A stretch of DNA of 64,000 nucleotides, taken from positions 116,498,001-116,562,000 of the forward strand of contig OZ024743.1 of assembly GCA_964016885.1 (NCBI GenBank), in the 5' to 3' direction. This DNA is from Eledone cirrhosa (taxonomy: Eukaryota). Position numbers and translations under genes: made by a program. Positions within the stretch are counted from its first letter, which is position 1. Every line of letters starts with the position of its first letter. Positions 56,511-64,000 of this stretch are shown in pieces. Below the pieces are notes generated by a model. That model had not been told where the DNA came from and searched no databases. It was given only the letters and a program-made list of their open reading frames with translations.

Positions 56511-57641
56511 TTACTTGAAGATGGAATAACACTGTTTTGTGTTTAGTAGTGGTTTGTAATTTCTAATAAAGAATTCTTCTTTATATTTTCGGAAATGTTC
56601 GTTGTCAGACCATATCTTAAGGAAGGGGAAATTCGTGAATTTCCCGTTTCCGCATGTTGCGAAGTGTTCATTGCTTGTGGTGTTTCTGACAGAGGGGTCT
56701 CTAATTTGTTGTTTATGTACTCGAACTCTGTCATGTAGACCCGTTCCGGTTTCACCAATGTAGAATTTTTTACATTGTGGGCAGGTTGGACAGTAAATTA
56801 AGTTTTGGGTTTTGCAATTCATGTTTTCATTAACTGTGAAAAACTAGTTGTTTTTAAAGATTTGTTCACCCTCTTCAATGTGTTCGCAAGTTCCGCATCG
56901 AGGGTCCCTAATTTGCATTGCTTCATTACTAGACGTAAATTTTGCCTTGGTAAGAAGTTTCTTTAGGTTGGGTGCTTGGCGTCTACTATATATAATTTGT
57001 GCGTATTTTATGAGTGGATTCATTTTAGTGGACTGCTGGAGATTCAGGAGATATTGTTTAGCGCTTTCACAATGTCGAAGTTCCTTGGATTGTGAGTTAT
57101 GACAAAAGGGATAACTGTTTTTTCCATTTTATTTTGTTGCTTTGTTTTTTCTCAGTGTTGTCACTGGGATGTTCTGGGCTTTAGAGATGGCTGTGTTGAT
57201 GAGGTTCACTGGATATTCTTGTTTTTTAAGGAACTCTTTTAATTCACATAATCTTTTTTCCTGTAGTGTGGGGTGTGTTGCAATGGTACAGATGCGTCTT
57301 GCCATGTTAAAAGGAATGTTCTTTTTGGTATGTGAGGGGTGCGCTGATTTGAAATTCAAGTATTGGTGTGTGTCTGTTGTTTTGTAAAATAGGTCCGTTT
57401 TGATATTTTCCTCTTCCTTAATGATAAAGATATCCAGAAACGGTAGTTTCCTTTTATTACATTCCATGGTAAATTTTATTTCTTCGTGAAGATTGTTTAT
57501 GATGGAATGAAATCTTTGCAGGTCTTCTTGGCTTCTATTCCAGAAGATGAAGCAGTCGTCTAGGTAACGTTTCCAGTTGTGATTAATGTAGGTGACGAAG
57601 TCATGACTGATTGCTTCCTGCAGTTGATTCAAGGAAAACAC
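56511..57641 (-). mobile_element. Penelope-like element (Neptune-like), 5'-truncated
   Basis: WKRYLDDCFIFW, FTME...LPFLDI, TDLFYK.TD...YL...SAHP, PRCGTC linker and CKTQNLIYC..CP.C..FYIGETG..L..R...H. Confidence 0.9.
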
Positions 57642-57762
57642 CCTGCCATTATATTCATCAAAGGTTATCTATTGAAATAAACCCAACAGGAGGGCATTTT
57701 TTACAACCAATTTCTTAAACACACTTATCTTCTCAACCTTCAACATTTTATGTGTGTATATA

Positions 57763-57863
<101 letters not shown>

Positions 57864-58179
57864 GTGTGTGTGTGTGCTTTGATTCCTTTAAATCTTCATC
57901 AACACTCCTTCACTCCCACACTCATTAACACCCAACCCCACACCGCAGACACATCCAGATCTCTTTTATATATGAAGTCACACATCACCTGATCTCAGTT
58001 TGACAATCGCCAGCCATGCATGCGAGAAAGTTCTGCAAGAAAGATAACCAGGAATCTTTAAAATTCTTCCCACCGAAGTTAACAAAGAACTTACTAGATC
58101 TACCAACTCATAATATTATAATATAAAATTAAATCAAATTATTTAGAACTACAACTGAAGTCATTCTTTTCCTTTTTTT

Positions 58180-58220
<41 letters not shown>

Positions 58221-58420
58221 TTAAGGATACTATTTATGGTTATGTATATACTAAAACCTTTTATAGTTATATATATTTTAAACCCTAAATAGTGAAAGAC
58301 AGTAATTTATTACTATCTTATTACCAGTAAGATAAATAGCTCAATGTAACAACATTAGTTGTTTCACAGAGCAGTTATACATAAATCACATGAATCAAAG
58401 TTCTGTTTAAATCATTTATA

Positions 58421-58468
58421 TGCTTACAATTTTTTCTTCCAAACCGAGGTTTGGAGTCTTCGGAGCAA
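58421..58468 (-). ncRNA. Inverted copy of the 58610 hammerhead
   Basis: Reverse complement with one stem III substitution. Inverted arms are about 58385-58478 and 58600-58695. Confidence 0.7.
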
Positions 58469-58609
58469 TTATTCAGTGGGTTGACAACAATTATAATAAT
58501 ATTATTATTATAATGGATGTCAACCCACTGTGCGTCAATATATACATATGTTTCTATATGTCTCTTGTGTTGGAAAGGAGGTCAAGTATGTACAAAAATC
58601 ACTGAATAA

Positions 58610-58658
58610 TTGCTCCGAAGACTCCAAACCTCGGTTTGGAAGAAACAATTGTAAGCAA
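58610..58658 (+). ncRNA. Type I hammerhead, U4C variant
   Basis: TTGCT-CCGAAGA-C-TCCAAACC tc GGTTTGGA-A-GAAA-CAATTG-TA-AGCAA, then AATAAA. Confidence 0.8.
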
Positions 58659-58710
58659 ATAAATGATTTAAACAGAACTTTGATTCATGTAATTTCTCTC
58701 TCTCTCTCTC

Positions 58711-58841
<131 letters not shown>

Positions 58842-59299
58842 AAGATGTTAAAGACCCCGACGACAGAACTGAAGCCGTTTCGGCGGCTATTTCTGGACTA
58901 AATTAGATTTTTAGCGTGGTTATAAATAGCTGAACATTTCAAGGAGTAATTTAATATATGGGAAGATTGTAGTTTTCAAAAGGATTGGTCAAAATTTCTT
59001 GTAAACACAATTAAATCTTTCATGGCGTTGGTGGGGGTGGGGCCGGCTGAACTTGCCTGGAGAACAATGAGGGAGTTGGTGGAGTCACTCAAGTGTTGAA
59101 AGTGAATTCCATACACCAAATTCTAAGGAGTGTGCATGAAATTAGGCTAGGTAGAAAGCAGGCGAAAAAAGAATTCTGGAGGAATCTGAGAGTGGGAAGT
59201 TATAAAATAAAAAAATGAAATTAAAAAAAAAAAAATAATAAATAAAAATAATATTAAAAAATAAAATAAAAAATAATAAAATATAAAGGGTTGCCGACC

Positions 59300-60500
59300 G
59301 TACTGAACCTCTCGACCCACGGACTCTATCCTTCACCCTGAAGGACCATAAATGCGACTTCGACCTCAAACCATCCATCAGGCTTATAAACCCGAAGAAG
59401 TCTGACATAGGGATAATCAGCCAAAAGATAGTATACCGCGTTATACCAAAAGTCAAGCAAAACGCGAGACTTAGCCTTTGGGTCAGCACCCAAGAAGTCA
59501 TCTCATGGTTCAAGAATATTGAGGACAAACGGGACATCAAATTCATCCAGTTCGACATAGATTACCCTAAAGCTCCTTACGGCCGCTTTGAACTTTGCCA
59601 AAACACTTACAACGATCACCGACCAGGAAAGAAACATCATTTTCCATGCCAGGAAGACAGTCCTCCTCTTCGACAACTCCAATTGGATAAAGAGAGCTCC
59701 CGACTGCCCCTTCGACGTCAGCTAATGAGTAGATATTCGATGAACATGAGCCTTATTACAATCAGGCGCTCAAGCGAAGCGGCTTTCGGGAGAAAATCTC
59801 ATTTTACCCAGCTTCCCCAAGTGGAACCACAGGTGGCGCCGCCGCTCACGCCACGTAATGTGATTCAACCCTCCCCACAATGCCGAGGTTGCAACACCAA
59901 TTGGGAAAATCTTCTTTAGACTCATCGAAAAACACTTCCCACCACATCACCTCTACCACAACATAATCAACAAAAACACAACCAAACTCTCCTACAGAAC
60001 CACACCCAACTTCGTACAAAACATCGCCTCCCCAAACAACAAAAAACTTAACTCCTATGGAAGAAACAACCTAGACATTAGTGGAGAGCCGACCAGCAGT
60101 TGTAACTGTCCTGATAGATCTACGTGCCCCCTCAACAACAAATGCCGAGAACGTAACGTGATCTACCAATGCGACGAGAGGACGGAAAACTCCAACAAAG
60201 CCTATATAGGATTAACCGCTTGTGACTTTAAGACACAGCTCTACCAACACCGTCATACCTTCAGAAATCTGGCCCGGCGACATGCCACTACACTTTTGGG
60301 CCACATCTATCTGGGACCTACAAGATAATAACATCCCATACCATCTCACTTAGAGCTTACTTTCCAGGGCTAACTCCTACACGGGAGGATACCGCCCGTG
60401 GAATTTATGCTTGGAAGAAACAATACAAATGCTGTTTACGAAGGACCAACTCCTGAATGAAAAAGAACTTGTAACCGCATGTAAACCCGATTGCGTAGGA
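59300..60500 (+). mobile_element. Penelope-like element, RT N-part + GIY-YIG, internally deleted
   Basis: FTLKDHK.DF..KPSIRLINPKKSDIG, KFIQFDI, FHARKT, CNCPDRSTCPLNNKC...VIY...YIGLT..FK, and NLCLEE. Confidence 0.9.
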
Positions 60501-60997
60501 CTTACCTCGCCCCCAAGCCCCCTCACGACCCATGGGGTCAGACAACGGCGGTAACATCCTTCTTTTCCCCACTTGCCGAACAAGATAGGGGAAACCCCAG
60601 AATACATAGGTAGATGTACTTCTTTTCTTTTTTCCCTTTATCTCTTCTTCTGACTTCCTTCCACACCCTCTCCTCTTCCTTTTACTTTTTCCTCTTTCGC
60701 TTGCCCTGAGGCAGCCCATCGGGCTTTTGTAGCCTCAGTACCTCCACCCCAGTAAATTCTATATAGCATTGGCCGAAAAAGCAATACCAGCTAAAAATAT
60801 AGAAGCTGTTTTAGGCTCTATTTTTTTTTTTTTTTTTTAATATTATTTTTATTTATTATTTTTTAATTTTTGATTACTTAGCGATTTTACGGCCGGCCTT
60901 GCCCAAAATTAAAGAAAAAACAATATTGGTTTTCGCTTGTAATGTGGTGGATACCTAAATATATTCTTGAGTGAAAAATAATATTAATATCGTCATG

Positions 60998-61182
60998 ATT
61001 GTTTCTACTGTTGGCCCAAGTCCAGCAATTACTCAGTACATTACTCGTACTTTATTTTATCGACCCGTAGGATGAAAGGCAAAGTTAGCTTTGGTGGAAA
61101 TTGAACTCAGACCCTAAAGAGACGTAACTATGCTGGAAAGCATGGCGTCCGACGCTCTACCGATACTACCAATCCACAGCCC
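60998..61182 (-). mobile_element. SINE family B
   Basis: Core motif present. Confidence 0.8.
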
Positions 61183-61637
61183 TTTTATTATCATAATAAT
61201 TTCATAACATTATTAACATTCGGTTTGTTTACAAGTAAGAAAGCCTTATAAAATATCACGTGAGCTTAATCAGCCGATGTATACATTTGAGAATACTATT
61301 TATTTTCAGCTTTACCAGCGGGTAGCAGAACGAGTAGAACACACAATTTTGAGACAGGGAGGAAAACATTCCGAAACAATTGTCAATTGTCGATCGTTTT
61401 ATCTCAGCCACCACTGAAACAAGAGATGACATAGTCATCTACTACGTGATGTTTAATGAGGTTGTTTAATTGTAAAGAAATCGAATATTACTAATGTTAT
61501 AATATTACAATAATATTATTATTATTCACTCACGAATACATTTAGGTATCCAGCATGCTAGAGCGAAAATAAAATATGCTTAATTAAATAATTAAACATA
61601 CATTATATTCTCAAATATACTATATATATATTCATGT

Positions 61638-62210
61638 AAGCTGTAGCATGCGACAGCGGCCACACCGTGGCTGGCGGGCCGAACCAGGTTGAGGGTAGCT
61701 GGACGGGTCTGAAACCCCCTGAAACCCCCGAAGACTGGACCCGGCAGAGTGAGTGGAGGAAGACAACATCGTCCAAACATTCACGAAGGCGACGACAGCA
61801 TGCGGTGTGGAGCGCTAGGGCACGGCAATGCACTACAGACGTCGTGGCCATCCACTGCAGCCAAGGAAGTACTTGGTCGTGACGGTCCTCAGTACCACCG
61901 GATTCTGGCCTCTGCGGCCGAGTGAGTAGGACCGTCACTGTGCACTGGCCCTCCCACTATAAACCTTTCCCGCACAAGTTTCTTCTTGAGCGTGCACTCC
62001 CAGAGCCCTGCGGCGATAGGCAATATCCGGAGGTAACAGGTGGAGGTAACTTATAGGAATTGCCAGTCTGACTCCGGTCTCTTTCCCTGCCCCCACTGTC
62101 CCCGCATCTGCAAGTCAAGGATCGGCCTCGACAGCCACCTTCCTGCCCACGGCAGACGGGAACAAGCATAAAGAAGATTTCATCATCGTTTACGATGGAC
62201 AATCAAGAAG
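61638..62210 (+). mobile_element. GC-rich insertion with 10-bp TSD, possibly a LINE 3' fragment
   Basis: atattcatgt at 61628-61637 and 62211-62220, with a sharp GC shift. Family and strand are uncertain. Confidence 0.55.
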
Positions 62211-62362
62211 ATATTCATGTTTACATCGCTATTTCAGAGCACCGATTCTAATTTTCAATGTTTGCGGGACCGGCAATCGCTCTGTATAATCAGTTCCTGA
62301 TTATTACTGGAATTCTATAAGAATCCAGCCTATATAATTTTCAACAAAGGTCGGCGAGTGCT

Positions 62363-62406
62363 AAGCTCTGATGATCACCAACAGTGTGAAACATATATGT
62401 CCGCTT
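62363..62406 (+). ncRNA. Type I hammerhead, unit 1
   Basis: AAGCT-CTGATGA-T-CAC caaca GTG-T-GAAA-CATATATG-TC-CGCTT. Confidence 0.8.
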
Positions 62407-62680
62407 CTCCCCCTTCGTTTGTTGAAAAAAGAAATAAGTGACATAGTCACTACTTTAAAATAATAGCGCAAGGTCTTCAAAATGTTTGTAAATAAGCATA
62501 CAGTATATTGCCAAATATACTATACATATATTCATGTACACATCGCTATTTCAGAGCACCAAACCTAGTTTTCAATTTTTGCTGGATCGGCAATCGCTCT
62601 GTATAATCAGTTCCTGATTATTACTGGAATTCTATTAGAATCTAGCCTCTATAATTTTCAACAAAGGTCGGCGAGTGTTA

Positions 62681-62722
62681 AGCTCTGTTGATCACCAACA
62701 GTGTGAAACAGATCTGTCAGCT
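62681..62722 (+). ncRNA. Type I hammerhead, unit 2 (A6U)
   Basis: AGCT-CTGTTGA-T-CAC caaca GTG-T-GAAA-CAGATCTG-TC-AGCT. Confidence 0.7.
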
Positions 62723-62847
62723 ATCTCCCTTCATTTGTTAAAAAAAGAAGTGACATAGTCACTACATTAAAGTAATAGCGCAAGGTCTACGAAATGTTTT
62801 TTTTTAAATTAAGCATAAAGTATATTGCCAAATATACGATACATATA

Positions 62848-62919
<72 letters not shown>

Positions 62920-62920
<1 letters not shown>

Positions 62921-64000
62921 TAGCAGTTTAGCTCGACGTTGCTCGGGTTTGTTCATTTGCTATGTAAAGTTACAAACAGGTAAACGTAGCTTGAAAGCGC
63001 ATAAGTTTATCAATTAAATGCATAAAGCAGTTGAACCGGTTGTTAATAGTTACGAAATAATTACCATTTGGACAATCAATGATGGGTTAATAATCTTCCA
63101 TAGCGAATTTAGTAGACCAGAGTTGCAAGATGGGGGCCCTGGTGCCGCTGGGTGTCAGATCTGTCCGCTATGGGTGACCCTACCAGTTTTCCAGACGGCT
63201 AAGCTCCAACATCTCCAACACCTGCACCAACATCTATAGCACCTCTTTGTAGACGATGTTGCGTGTCATCCCTTGAGGAGTGGAAGCAAAAAGTCCATTC
63301 CTGCTCCCTACGCGGGAACAGGCAACATAAAGTTGGCCATGGGAGAAGCATGGCTCCCCCAAATGGATGCCCGCCACCGATAATGTTTGCCCTTGTGAAT
63401 TGTTAATGGACATGGCAAAACATGGTCTCATCGGCAATTGGGATCGCCGGAAATAGAACAGGATATCTGACGCCGTGGGGAAAAGGTTCATCCTTGGTAT
63501 GAAAACATTCTCCCCTCTCCCGCACCCCGTTAGAATGGTGGCCTCAATCAAGTGGGGCGTCAGTGACTAGAAGACCATGCGAGTACCGTTACCCTGCTTT
63601 GGTGGACGCAAGTTCCTTATTAGCATAATGGGAGAGCCCATCCTAAGCTTAAGAATGTGAGGTTGGAACCCTGGGGGCTCAGGGAATTTAATAACTAAAC
63701 CGGATAATTACCGATATCGTCGGGGTCTGACGTCCGGTCGATAGATTTGAAGATGTGTTCTTTACCGGGAATTTTCTCAATCAGCTGCTCGTTAATAAAA
63801 TTAACCATGGTATTTTTCGAAGCAAGGATGGCTGTTTCGCTGAGCCAATCGAGGTTTTTAAAGTTAGATGAGGCATTAGGAAAAACAGCTTTCCAAAGGT
63901 CAGAAGTGCTGCTCACAATGTTGCACAGGGAGTCGATTGCTATGCCGCCCTTGTCATCCGCAGGTACATTTCCCTCACCAATTCCTAAAATATTCTGAGC
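62920..64000 (-). mobile_element. Helitron 3' part with decayed Pif1-type helicase
   Basis: AILASKN, P..QPHILKLRMGSPIMLIRNL, NVFIPRM, R.QLPMRPCFAMSINNSQGQTL and FSHGQLYVACSRV, with in-frame stops. The 3' terminus is hairpin remnant CCCGAGCAACGTCGAG + CTAG|T at 62920-62947. Confidence 0.92.

Larger units (their letters stand above)
62211..62853 (+). repeat. Tandem 317-bp repeat, one hammerhead per unit (retrozyme-like)
   Basis: Units start at 62211, 62528 and 62846 (stub). HHR cores are at 62368 and 62685. Confidence 0.9.

Noticed and set aside
58855-58905. CCGACGA followed by hairpin CAGAA..AGCCG/CGGCT..TTCTG
   Set aside because: GAAA is absent (GACT) and there is no stem III.
60700-60795. 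CTGAGGC hairpin and downstream GGCCGAAA in the PLE 3' region
   Set aside because: A9C change and no stem III or UH, so it cannot be called an HHR.
63234-63916. Host PIF1 helicase gene
   Set aside because: In-frame stops, no introns and a Helitron hairpin-CTAG 3' end identify it as transposon-derived.

Overview
This is AT-rich eukaryotic (animal) repetitive DNA with no host protein-coding gene that I can support. Most ORF-track entries are (TA)n/(CA)n/(TACA)n artefacts. The dominant tRNA-derived SINE resembles the abundant octopus SINE, so a cephalopod source is likely (my recollection, not a database result). The window is a mosaic of decayed mobile elements: about seven Penelope-like retroelements (PLE; RT + GIY-YIG) of roughly three lineages, four L1/Tx1-type LINE pieces, an R4/Dong-type LINE, RTE-derived bipartite repeats, a Tc1 transposon, Helitron ends and helicase, and many SINEs. 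The most notable signal is invisible in the ORF track: more than 20 minimal type I hammerhead ribozyme (HHR) motifs from about 15 unrelated sequence families, most with a palindromic stem III. They occur (i) in PLE 3' tails, (ii) in short ORF-less fold-back modules between (TA)n tracts, and (iii) in head-to-tail tandem repeats, including a 317-bp retrozyme-like array. Two non-canonical features recur across families: a U.U pair at 10.1-11.1 and a U4C core. All motifs were folded by eye and activity is untested. Element boundaries are approximate unless a TSD is quoted.
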